DNA of 64,000 nucleotides, taken from the NCBI RefSeq assembly GCF_041886205.1, contig NZ_CP169029.1; one strand, written 5' to 3'. This DNA is from Escherichia coli (GTDB lineage: Bacteria > Pseudomonadota > Gammaproteobacteria > Enterobacterales > Enterobacteriaceae). Positions within the stretch are counted from its first letter, which is position 1. Every line of letters starts with the position of its first letter. Under the pieces are notes generated by a model that ran no database searches, was not told where the DNA came from, and saw only the letters and a list, made by a program, of their open reading frames with translations. Positions 10,183-19,618 of this stretch are shown here, one piece after another. A program made the translations under genes and the position numbers.

Positions 10183-11501
10183 ATGGTCAAATAATCACTG
10201 TTGCACTCATCCTGTTGGGGCACATATTTCTGACGCCTGCTGTACAGGCCATAGGGTTCGACTATTACAATGATCACGGTGTTATGTCTTACGGTAAAGG
10301 TTATGGGGAGGATGAGAAAATCATTGCCCAATTTCCGAAGATGAACAGAGCCGATTTGCGCCTTGTGACAAATATATCCGGGGAGCGGGAGTTGGTGGAA
10401 GGCTATATACCCACCGATGAAATAAGCATAAAAAATGAGGAATACCACTGGGTGACAGACGGCCGCGTTATTCTCTGGCGTGGCAAAATCGTTAGCAATC
10501 CACCGGGAACACCCACTGTCGATATTGCCAGCTTTCAGGCTATGGGCCGCTTCGCGGTCGATAAATATAGCCTCTATTTTGACGGACAGCGCACCGAAAG
10601 TAATAGCGGCGCGTCACGTGTTGATCTGGCGACACTAAAAGCTATCGAAGGTAACTCTACCACGCTGGTGGATAGTAAAAATCTCTATTTGTCCGGTCGA
10701 CGTCAGGGGAGCAGCAGTAATGTTACTGTATTAGAAAAAAGATGGTGGGGTATTAATCCACGTCTTATGAGTGTAAACAGAAATTTGTATTCCAATGATC
10801 TGCTTATCCGCAGTGGGCAGAATATTTATTTAAATGGCGTTCACCTTACGGCGAATGCAGACTCATTTGAGATAATTCGCTGGAGACCTCATTCACTGCT
10901 GGTTTTTCGCGACAATAAGGGTCTGCATCGTTATCCCTTTGGTCAATTATCAGGCAAGGCAATACCCGTAGATGATGACGTCTCTTTTGAAGTAGGGGAA
11001 AGTCGCGTTCGCTGGCGTAAACAGCTCACGTCCGACCGTCAGTGGAGCAAGTGGATAGACCTACCAGGTATTGAACCTGAACAATTCCATCTGATTACTG
11101 GCAATATTGCGCAGTATAAAGATCGTCTGTATGTAACAAAATTATCGACTTTTGGTGAAGACCAGCTTGAAATAATTCTGCTGGATTCGCCAGACCTGGT
11201 CATTGATAACTCATTTAATGGCGGCAAACAACATGTTTACTTTATCCGCCAATTACGGTCAAAGAGCGTGCAAATTATTCCAACTAACGGCCCGCTAATT
11301 AAAAACGATCGCTTCGCTTATGACGATCGCAATGTTTATACATGGACCGATACAGAGGTAAGGATTACGCCCTCCCCCTGCCCGGCGAAAACACACGTCA
11401 GAGAAGAGAATGTGCGTGAACTTCACAACAGAGACATTATTATTCCGTTGACGGATGAATCATGCCAGAACGCAGCAGACGAGCAAACTTTGAAGCCCTG
11501 A
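10179..11501 (+). CDS. Exported DKNYY-like repeat protein (paralog B), function unknown
   Basis: ORF track 440 aa; signal peptide MNGQIITVALILLGHIFLTPAVQA; start ATG overlaps upstream stop (ATGA); blocks VDIASFQAMGRFAVDKYSLYF, TANADSFEIIRW, DDRNVYTWTD paralogous to the upstream ORF; AT-rich. Confidence 0.7.
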   Translation: MNGQIITVALILLGHIFLTPAVQAIGFDYYNDHGVMSYGKGYGEDEKIIAQFPKMNRADLRLVTNISGERELVEGYIPTDEISIKNEEYHWVTDGRVILWRGKIVSNPPGTPTVDIASFQAMGRFAVDKYSLYFDGQRTESNSGASRVDLATLKAIEGNSTTLVDSKNLYLSGRRQGSSSNVTVLEKRWWGINPRLMSVNRNLYSNDLLIRSGQNIYLNGVHLTANADSFEIIRWRPHSLLVFRDNKGLHRYPFGQLSGKAIPVDDDVSFEVGESRVRWRKQLTSDRQWSKWIDLPGIEPEQFHLITGNIAQYKDRLYVTKLSTFGEDQLEIILLDSPDLVIDNSFNGGKQHVYFIRQLRSKSVQIIPTNGPLIKNDRFAYDDRNVYTWTDTEVRITPSPCPAKTHVREENVRELHNRDIIIPLTDESCQNAADEQTLKP

Positions 11502-11548
11502 CCCCATGCCGCTATACTGCCGCCATCACTTAAAAACAGGATACAACA

Positions 11549-11869
11549 ATGAACGACAGTGAATTTCATCGCCTGGCTGATCAACTCTGGCTGACCATTG
11601 AAGAACGCCTGGACGACTGGGATGGCGACAGCGATATCGACTGCGAAATCAACGGCGGTGTACTGACCATTACCTTTGAAAACGGCAGCAAAATCATTAT
11701 CAACCGCCAGGAACCGCTCCACCAGGTATGGCTGGCAACCAAACAGGGCGGCTACCATTTTGACCTGAAAGGCGATGAGTGGATTTGCGATCGCAGCGGC
11801 GAAACCTTCTGGGATTTGCTGGAACAGGCGGCGACGCAGCAGGCGGGTGAAACAGTCAGTTTCCGCTAA
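11549..11869 (+). CDS. cyaY: Frataxin homolog CyaY (iron-sulfur cluster assembly)
   Basis: 106 aa, [19 protein letters not shown]...; convergent with cyaA. Confidence 0.95.
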
Positions 11870-11908
11870 GATTGCATGCCGGATAAGCCTCGCTTTCCGG
11901 CACGCTCA

Positions 11909-14455
11909 TCACGAAAAATACTGCTGTAATAGCGGCGTGTCATGATCCTGATTGGCAGGCGGCATGTTACCGATAGATTTTGTGCGGAACGGAATCACCT
12001 GTTCACGACCATCAACCTTCACAATCTGATAGAACTGCGGCAGGTTGAAGTTGATGAAGCTTGAGCCGTAGGTGAAGCGGTCGTGCGATGACGAGTAGAA
12101 GCGACTGACGTCACGCACCAGCTCCTCTTTGCTGCCTTCGCAGTGGTGATACACCTCAACCCGGTTGCTTTCGTCGAGAATGTAGATATTAAAGCCATTC
12201 TCATCTTGCGTTTCTTCGAAAAAGAACTGGATGATCCCTTCGCTGGCAAAGCCGTCCACCACCGCCGGTAATTTGACGTGATTGGTTTCAACCTGCACTG
12301 ACAGGCCGTGCAGTTTGTTATGCGAAATAGCGCCATAAAACTCGATGGCGTTTTCCAGTTTCTGTACCGATACATTCAGGCGTTCGAAGAACAACCCCCA
12401 GGTTTGACCAGAAACGCGCAGCGCCTTGAAGCGTCCGGTTTCCTGGCGGGTGCTGGAAAGACGCAGTTCAATACACTCAGAAACCAGTTGCTGCACGCGA
12501 GTACGGATTAAGCCGCGCAGATGCTGGCTATAACAGAAGACTTCCACGCTATCTGGCGGTGCGGCGTCCTGATGCATTTTGCCGAGAATAGTTTTCAGGG
12601 CTTCGATCATCGATTGCTCGCCGTTGAAGTGCAGCGTACGCACTTCGTTCCACGAGTTGCGGTACAGCAGGTCAACGCTACCTACCAGGCAATTTTGATT
12701 CTCGCCAAAGCTGAAGACATCCAGCTTACGGAAATCAAAATGCACCACCTGATTGCGGAACGCAGCTGTCGGGTCATATTCCAGGTTAACGATAATCGCC
12801 AGATGGCGGATCTCACACGGGCTGTAGAGCGCCTTCGGTGTCGGTGCAGGTAAGCGCAGCGGGAAATGGTGCGACACGTCGGCGACCATCTCCTGCAACT
12901 TAGGCAAATCGACAATGCCGTTACCTTTAATATACAAGCGGGTGCGCGAGGTCAGCAGGCCGTTAAACCATGCCCACGCCACCAGTTTATTCAGGTAACG
13001 GTTATATTCCAGCGGCTGATGGCTGATGATCGACTCAATATTTGGCGCGCGGTTATACAGATACCAACCTGAACGGTTAGCCCGGCCCGGCGGCACATAA
13101 ATAAAGGTCAGATTCGGTTCCGAGAGATCGGGTGAAATCTGCGGGTTTACCAGAGTTACTTTACCTGGCAATGCTTCAAACGCGGCATACAGCTTACGCG
13201 TCAGCACACCGATATCCTGCGGGCTGGCGGAAACGCTAAGGTTATTGCGACGCGCAAAGCGGATCAGATTGCGGTAGCTCTGCATCATCGCGTCGAGCAA
13301 CTCGTTGTGCGCCTCACGCACCTGATCAATCTTCCAGTTAGCGCGGTTATCGAGCATTGCCAGACGAGCATCGTCCCAACCCCACTCGCTCACTAACTGG
13401 CTCAACACTGCGCGACGCCAGCCTACGCAGGCGCGTTCACGGCTGAGCTTTTCGCACACTTTTAAATAGAAGCAGCGACGTACTAAATCCAGACGGGTGA
13501 AATCTTCAATCGCCGTCAGGTATTCAGTAACACGCTCCAGCATCATGCAGTATGGATCGAGACCAAACGATACAATCTCGCCGTCGTGCAAACGCTGTTT
13601 GATATCTTTCGCCAGCAGACGTGGGTTCGGGTATTCCCAGGAATAGGCTTCCAGCAGCAGTGTTTTCAGCACCGCTTTGTATGGGGAATCGATACTCTTG
13701 TAGAGCTGCCAAAGGCTGGCACCAAAGTACTCTTCAGCAGAAAGCGAGCTTAAGCCACCGAGATCCAGCCATTCATTTGGCGTCAGCACGCCCTGCGCGT
13801 AAAGCGTCATCACATAGTCATCGTAATGCTCTTCTTCGTCGCACGGCACCATATTCCACAGAATACGCTTACCGGCGAGACGCACGGCGGTACGATAAAA
13901 TTCGTCAAGCAGCAGTATATGCTGGGTGGAGCCACAATCTTCGCCCCCCAGGCTGCCGCTTTCATTATGACGGAAGCGATTTTCATCAATCAGGAAGAAG
14001 CTGACTTCCACACCCAGCGAGGCGGCCCAGCTTTCCAGCAGGCTGCATTTACGTTGTAGTAACTGGCGCTCTTCGCTATCGAGCCAGGATTGATGACAGA
14101 CCCAGATATCCAGGTCAGAGGAACAACTTTGCCCTACGGACGAGGTGCTGCCCATGGTGTATACACCAGTAATTGGAAGCTCACCTTTCGGCGGATCCTG
14201 TACTGACATTCCACGATACAGTTCAAGCTCGTTCAGGTAGTGGCGTTGAGTTTCATCAGGCGTGTAAAGGCAAATGCCTTTGGGAACGTTACCATCAAGG
14301 TAACCCGGCATTAGCGGATGGTGATAGTGCAACAATGTCGGCAGTAGACTGTAGACCTGTTGGAATGCAGGCCCCATAGCAGCAAGCGCGCGATCCACAC
14401 GCAATTGATTTATGGCATCCAGTCTCTGTTTCAGAGTCTCAATATAGAGGTACAA
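11909..14455 (-). CDS. cyaA: Adenylate cyclase CyaA (class I), TTG start
   Basis: 848 aa; N-terminus (M)[11 protein letters not shown] encoded from TTG codon at 14453-14455. Confidence 0.95.
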   Translation of the reverse strand: MYLYIETLKQRLDAINQLRVDRALAAMGPAFQQVYSLLPTLLHYHHPLMPGYLDGNVPKGICLYTPDETQRHYLNELELYRGMSVQDPPKGELPITGVYTMGSTSSVGQSCSSDLDIWVCHQSWLDSEERQLLQRKCSLLESWAASLGVEVSFFLIDENRFRHNESGSLGGEDCGSTQHILLLDEFYRTAVRLAGKRILWNMVPCDEEEHYDDYVMTLYAQGVLTPNEWLDLGGLSSLSAEEYFGASLWQLYKSIDSPYKAVLKTLLLEAYSWEYPNPRLLAKDIKQRLHDGEIVSFGLDPYCMMLERVTEYLTAIEDFTRLDLVRRCFYLKVCEKLSRERACVGWRRAVLSQLVSEWGWDDARLAMLDNRANWKIDQVREAHNELLDAMMQSYRNLIRFARRNNLSVSASPQDIGVLTRKLYAAFEALPGKVTLVNPQISPDLSEPNLTFIYVPPGRANRSGWYLYNRAPNIESIISHQPLEYNRYLNKLVAWAWFNGLLTSRTRLYIKGNGIVDLPKLQEMVADVSHHFPLRLPAPTPKALYSPCEIRHLAIIVNLEYDPTAAFRNQVVHFDFRKLDVFSFGENQNCLVGSVDLLYRNSWNEVRTLHFNGEQSMIEALKTILGKMHQDAAPPDSVEVFCYSQHLRGLIRTRVQQLVSECIELRLSSTRQETGRFKALRVSGQTWGLFFERLNVSVQKLENAIEFYGAISHNKLHGLSVQVETNHVKLPAVVDGFASEGIIQFFFEETQDENGFNIYILDESNRVEVYHHCEGSKEELVRDVSRFYSSSHDRFTYGSSFINFNLPQFYQIVKVDGREQVIPFRTKSIGNMPPANQDHDTPLLQQYFS

Positions 14456-14841
14456 GACGTATCGCCTGATTTGCTACCCGTCATGACTGTGATTCCGCCA
14501 ACATCAACGGTAACACGCGGCATTCGGGATATTTCGTATGTCAAAGGTAACCGTTACCACTTTTCGCGCCTGGTTTTTTTAGTTTCACGACGAAAAAATG
14601 GTCTAAAACGTGATCAATTTAACACCTTGCTGATTGACCGTAAAGAAAGATGCGCTACATACAAGTGTAGCACCGTTTATTCTCTGTAAATTCCTTATTA
14701 CGACGGCGTGAAACGCCTGTCAGGATCCACTGCCAGACCTCATTTTACGGTTTGCGCAGGCGTCTACGTTTCACCACAACACTGACATCACTCTGGCAAG
14801 GATGTTAGGATGGACCACGGATGATAATGACGGTAACAAGC

Positions 14842-15783
14842 ATGTTAGACAATGTTTTAAGAATTGCCACACGCCAAAGCCCACTTGCACTCTGGCAGGC
14901 ACACTATGTCAAAGACAAGTTGATGGCGAGCCATCCGGGCCTGGTCGTTGAACTGGTACCGATGGTGACGCGCGGCGATGTGATTCTTGATACGCCGCTG
15001 GCGAAAGTAGGCGGAAAAGGCTTATTTGTAAAAGAGCTGGAAGTCGCGCTCCTCGAAAATCGCGCCGATATCGCCGTACACTCAATGAAAGATGTGCCGG
15101 TTGAATTCCCGCAAGGTCTGGGACTGGTCACTATTTGTGAGCGTGAAGATCCTCGCGATGCCTTTGTGTCCAATAACTATGACAGTCTGGATGCGTTACC
15201 GGCAGGCAGTATCGTCGGGACGTCCAGTTTACGTCGCCAGTGCCAACTGGCTGAACGCCGCCCGGATCTGATTATCCGCTCCCTGCGCGGCAACGTCGGC
15301 ACTCGCCTGAGTAAACTGGATAACGGCGAATACGATGCCATCATTCTTGCCGTAGCCGGACTAAAACGTTTAGGTCTGGAGTCCCGCATTCGCGCCGCGT
15401 TACCGCCCGAGATTTCTCTTCCGGCGGTAGGACAAGGTGCGGTCGGTATTGAATGCCGCCTTGATGATACACGCACTCGCGAGCTGCTTGCCGCGCTGAA
15501 TCACCACGAAACTGCACTGCGCGTTACCGCAGAACGCGCCATGAATACCCGTCTCGAAGGCGGATGTCAGGTGCCAATTGGTAGCTACGCCGAGCTTATT
15601 GATGGCGAAATCTGGCTGCGTGCGCTGGTCGGCGCGCCGGACGGTTCGCAGATTATTCGCGGTGAACGCCGCGGTGCGCCGCAAGATGCCGAACAAATGG
15701 GGATTTCGCTGGCAGAAGAGCTACTGAATAACGGCGCGCGCGAGATCCTCGCTGAAGTCTATAACGGAGACGCCCCGGCATGA
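14842..15783 (+). CDS. hemC: Porphobilinogen deaminase HemC
   Basis: Translation [20 protein letters not shown]...; 313 aa. Confidence 0.95.
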
Positions 15784-16520
15784 GTATCCTGGTCACCCGC
15801 CCGTCTCCCGCTGGAGAAGAGTTAGTGAGCCGTCTGCGCACACTGGGGCAGGTGGCCTGGCATTTTCCGCTGATTGAGTTTTCTCCGGGTCGACAATTAC
15901 CGCAACTTGCTGATCAACTGGCAGCGCTGGAGGAGAGCGATCTGTTGTTTGCCCTCTCGCAACACGCTGTTGCTTTTGCCCAATCACAGCTGCATCAGCA
16001 AGATCGTAAATGGCCCCGACTACCTGATTATTTCGCCATTGGACGCACCACCGCACTGGCACTACATACCGTAAGCGGACAGAAGATTCTCTACCCGCAG
16101 GATCGGGAAATCAGCGAAGTCTTGCTACAATTACCTGAATTACAAAATATTGCGGGCAAACGTGCGCTGATATTACGTGGCAATGGCGGTCGTGAGCTAA
16201 TTGGGGATACCCTGACGGCGCGCGGTGCTGAGGTCACTTTTTGTGAATGTTATCAACGATGCGCAATCCATTACGATGGTGCAGAAGAAGCGATGCGCTG
16301 GCAATCCCGCGAGGTGACGACGGTCGTTGTTACCAGCGGTGAAATGTTGCAGCAACTCTGGTCGCTGATCCCACAATGGTATCGTGAGCACTGGTTACTA
16401 CACTGTCGACTATTGGTCGTCAGTGAGCGTTTGGCGAAACTCGCCCGGGAACTGGGCTGGCAAGACATTAAGGTCGCCGATAACGCTGACAACGATGCGC
16501 TTTTACGGGCATTACAATAA
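15780..16520 (+). CDS. hemD: Uroporphyrinogen-III synthase HemD
   Basis: 246 aa; ATGA overlap with hemC stop; operon hemCDXY. Confidence 0.9.
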
Positions 16521-16541
16521 CTCTCATAACAGGAAGCCATA

Positions 16542-17741
16542 ATGACGGAACAAGAAAAAACCTCCGCCGTGGTTGAAGAGACCAGGGAGGCCGTGGACAC
16601 CACGTCACAACCTGTCGCAACAGAAAAAAAGAGTAAGAACAATACCGCATTGATTCTCAGCGCGGTGGCTATCGCTATTGCTCTGGCGGCGGGCGTCGGT
16701 TTGTATGGCTGGGGTAAACAACAGGCCGTCAATCAGACCGCCACCAGCGATGCCCTGGCTAACCAACTGACGGCATTGCAAAAAGCCCAGGAGAACCAAA
16801 AAGCCGAGCTGGAAGGCATTATCAAGCAACAGGCTACGCAGCTTGAACAGGCGAATCGTCAGCAAGAAACGCTGGCAAAACAGTTGTATGAAGTCCAACA
16901 AAAGGTCGCCACCATTTCCGGCAGCGATGCTAAAACCTGGCTGCTGGCTCAGGCCGATTTTCTGGTGAAACTCGCCGGACGGAAGCTGTGGAGCGATCAG
17001 GACGTCACGACCGCTGCAGCGTTGCTGAAAAGTGCAGACGCCAGCCTGGCGGATATGAATGACCCGAGTCTGATTACCATTCGTCGGGCAATTACCGATG
17101 ATATCGCCAGCCTTTCTGCAGTATCGCAGGTGGATTATGACGGCATCATCCTTAAGCTTAATCAGCTTTCAAATCAGGTAGATAACCTGCGTCTGGCCGA
17201 TAATGACAGCGATGGTTCGCCGATGGATTCCGACGGTGAAGAGCTTTCCAGTTCCATCAGCGAATGGCGTATCAATTTGCAAAAAAGCTGGCAGAACTTT
17301 ATGGACAACTTCATTACGATTCGCCGTCGTGATGACACCGCCGTACCGCTGTTAGCGCCAAATCAGGATATCTATCTGCGCGAAAATATTCGCTCTCGCC
17401 TGCTGGTCGCTGCACAAGCTGTACCGCGTCATCAGGAAGAGACTTATCGCCAGGCGCTGGAGAACGTCTCCACCTGGGTACGTGCTTACTACGATACTGA
17501 TGATGCCACCACCAAAGCATTCCTCGACGAGGTGGACCAGTTAAGCCAGCAAAATATCTCGATGGATCTTCCGGAAACCCTGCAAAGCCAGGCGATGCTG
17601 GAAAAACTGATGCAGACTCGCGTGCGTAACCTGCTGGCACAACCGGCAGCGGAGACAACGGAAGCTAAACCTGCACCTGCACCTGCACCTGCACCTGCAC
17701 CGCAAGCTGATACTCCGGCAGCCGCGCCGCAAGGAGAATAA
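16542..17741 (+). CDS. hemX: HemX membrane protein with C-terminal Pro-Ala repeat
   Basis: 399 aa; N-terminal TM segment; coiled-coil Gln-rich region; C-terminal [13 protein letters not shown]. Confidence 0.9.
   Translation: MTEQEKTSAVVEETREAVDTTSQPVATEKKSKNNTALILSAVAIAIALAAGVGLYGWGKQQAVNQTATSDALANQLTALQKAQENQKAELEGIIKQQATQLEQANRQQETLAKQLYEVQQKVATISGSDAKTWLLAQADFLVKLAGRKLWSDQDVTTAAALLKSADASLADMNDPSLITIRRAITDDIASLSAVSQVDYDGIILKLNQLSNQVDNLRLADNDSDGSPMDSDGEELSSSISEWRINLQKSWQNFMDNFITIRRRDDTAVPLLAPNQDIYLRENIRSRLLVAAQAVPRHQEETYRQALENVSTWVRAYYDTDDATTKAFLDEVDQLSQQNISMDLPETLQSQAMLEKLMQTRVRNLLAQPAAETTEAKPAPAPAPAPAPQADTPAAAPQGE
17670..17699 (+). repeat. Perfect hexanucleotide tandem repeat (CCTGCA)x5 encoding (Pro-Ala)5 inside hemX
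   Basis: Read directly: cct gca repeated five times in frame. Confidence 0.9.
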
Positions 17742-17743
17742 CC

Positions 17744-18940
17744 ATGCTAAAAGTGTTATTGCTCTTTGTGTTGCTGATTGCGGGGATCGTGGTTGGCCCG
17801 ATGATTGCCGGTCATCAGGGTTATGTGCTGATCCAGACCGACAACTACAATATCGAAACCAGCGTCACGGGCCTCGCGATTATTTTGATTCTGGCGATGG
17901 TAGTACTGTTTGCCATTGAGTGGCTACTGCGGCGGATCTTCCGCACTGGCGCGCACACCCGTGGGTGGTTTGTCGGGCGTAAGCGTCGCCGTGCACGTAA
18001 GCAGACCGAACAGGCGCTGCTGAAACTGGCGGAAGGCGATTATCAGCAAGTTGAAAAGCTGATGGCGAAAAATGCCGATCACGCGGAACAACCGGTGGTG
18101 AACTATCTACTGGCTGCCGAAGCCGCGCAACAACGTGGTGATGAAGCACGCGCCAACCAACATCTGGAACGCGCAGCGGAGCTGGCCGGCAATGACACCA
18201 TTCCGGTAGAAATCACCCGTGTACGTCTGCAACTGGCCCGTAATGAAAACCATGCTGCACGCCACGGCGTGGATAAGCTGCTGGAAGTTACGCCACGCCA
18301 TCCGGAAGTATTACGTCTGGCAGAACAGGCGTATATCCGCACAGGTGCATGGAGTTCGCTGCTGGATATTATCCCATCAATGGCGAAAGCCCATGTTGGT
18401 GATGAAGAACATCGTGCAATGCTGGAACAACAGGCATGGATTGGCCTGATGGATCAGGCGCGTGCCGATAACGGTAGCGAAGGTTTGCGTAACTGGTGGA
18501 AAAACCAAAGCCGGAAAACGCGTCATCAGGTAGCGTTGCAGGTGGCAATGGCGGAACATCTTATTGAATGTGACGATCATGATACTGCCCAGCAAATTAT
18601 CATCGACGGCCTGAAACGCCAGTATGACGATCGTCTGCTGCTGCCGATTCCGCGTCTGAAAACCAATAACCCGGAACAGCTGGAAAAAGTGCTGCGCCAA
18701 CAGATCAAAAACGTCGGCGATCGCCCGCTGTTGTGGAGCACACTGGGTCAGTCGCTGATGAAGCACGGCGAATGGCAGGAAGCATCGCTCGCCTTCCGTG
18801 CAGCGCTGAAACAACGTCCGGACGCCTACGATTACGCATGGCTTGCCGACGCGCTGGACAGACTGCACAAGCCGGAAGAAGCCGCAGCGATGCGTCGCGA
18901 CGGTTTGATGTTAACGTTGCAGAATAACCCGCCACAGTAG
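17744..18940 (+). CDS. hemY: HemY, TPR-containing inner membrane protein
   Basis: 398 aa; two N-terminal TM segments; follows hemX with a 2-nt gap. Confidence 0.9.
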   Translation: MLKVLLLFVLLIAGIVVGPMIAGHQGYVLIQTDNYNIETSVTGLAIILILAMVVLFAIEWLLRRIFRTGAHTRGWFVGRKRRRARKQTEQALLKLAEGDYQQVEKLMAKNADHAEQPVVNYLLAAEAAQQRGDEARANQHLERAAELAGNDTIPVEITRVRLQLARNENHAARHGVDKLLEVTPRHPEVLRLAEQAYIRTGAWSSLLDIIPSMAKAHVGDEEHRAMLEQQAWIGLMDQARADNGSEGLRNWWKNQSRKTRHQVALQVAMAEHLIECDDHDTAQQIIIDGLKRQYDDRLLLPIPRLKTNNPEQLEKVLRQQIKNVGDRPLLWSTLGQSLMKHGEWQEASLAFRAALKQRPDAYDYAWLADALDRLHKPEEAAAMRRDGLMLTLQNNPPQ

Positions 18941-18950
18941 TTCCTTCTCA

Positions 18951-18980
18951 CCCGGAGGAAAGCACCTCCGGGACCTTTCT
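18951..18980 (+). terminator. Hairpin cccggagg-N6-cctccggg followed by a T-containing tract; likely hemCDXY terminator
   Basis: Perfect 8-bp stem immediately after hemY stop. Confidence 0.5.
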
Positions 18981-18987
18981 GATGCAT

Positions 18988-19194
18988 AAAAAAACGCCTG
19001 CTCTTATTACGGAGCAGGCGTTAAAACAGGTCTGTATGACAACAAGTGGGTGCTTCACTCAACGTTGTGTCCATGGTGTCTGATGAGGCATAAGCGACAT
19101 CTGTCAGTGGACGATAAGCACCGTAAACGGCTCTGCGTCATTCCGGAGTTTATGAGGCACTAAGGCGAACATAAGAGATAGAATGAGCATCTAC
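18988..19194 (-). ncRNA. glmZ: GlmZ small RNA (SraJ/RyiA), about 207 nt, with intrinsic terminator
   Basis: Minus-strand sequence starts GTAGATGCTCATTCCATCTCTTATG... and ends in hairpin AACGCCTGCTC...GAGCAGGCGTT plus U7; known location between hemY and aslA. Confidence 0.8.
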
Positions 19195-19618
19195 TCGTTT
19201 ATTATGCCACAGAGAATCGGGAAATAACATCCCTTAACACTTGTTATGAGATAATTCTGTACCCCTCTTTGCTTCCTGAGTAATAACTTCCTGAGTGAAT
19301 ATTTACCCTGAGCTTGATTCTACACATACTCATTATGAATGATAAAATTCATTCAATTAATAACACATATATTAATTGCTGTTAAAACTAAAAACAGCAT
19401 CAATAATCAACGCGATATAATAAACCTGCCTTACATATCAACTGCGCCAGAGGTAGGATTGAAAATGCTCTCCTGATTTTTAAATTCATTTTTGGGATAA
19501 ATAAATAATTTATTTTTATCACTATTATTTATGCAATCATCCTGTCAGGGAGAGGGATCTCAATTATCAATGCTTAATTACGTCATCATTTTGATGACAT
19601 GAAACCGGAGCATTTTGC

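Noticed and set aside
8516-11548. Looked for IS elements, integrase/transposase genes, tRNA-adjacent att sites or flanking direct repeats around the inserted two-gene block
   Set aside because: None recognised by eye; the insertion is therefore not called a mobile element, only a strain-variable segment of unknown origin.
11909-14455. Multiple antisense or alternative-frame ORFs inside cyaA (e.g. 12019-12375, 13621-14004)
   Set aside because: Embedded in a well-supported 848-aa gene on the opposite strand or another frame; no RBS or conservation signal, and composition is typical of shadow ORFs in GC-rich genes. Similar shadow ORFs inside rep, ilvD, ilvG, uvrD and the wec genes were rejected for the same reason.
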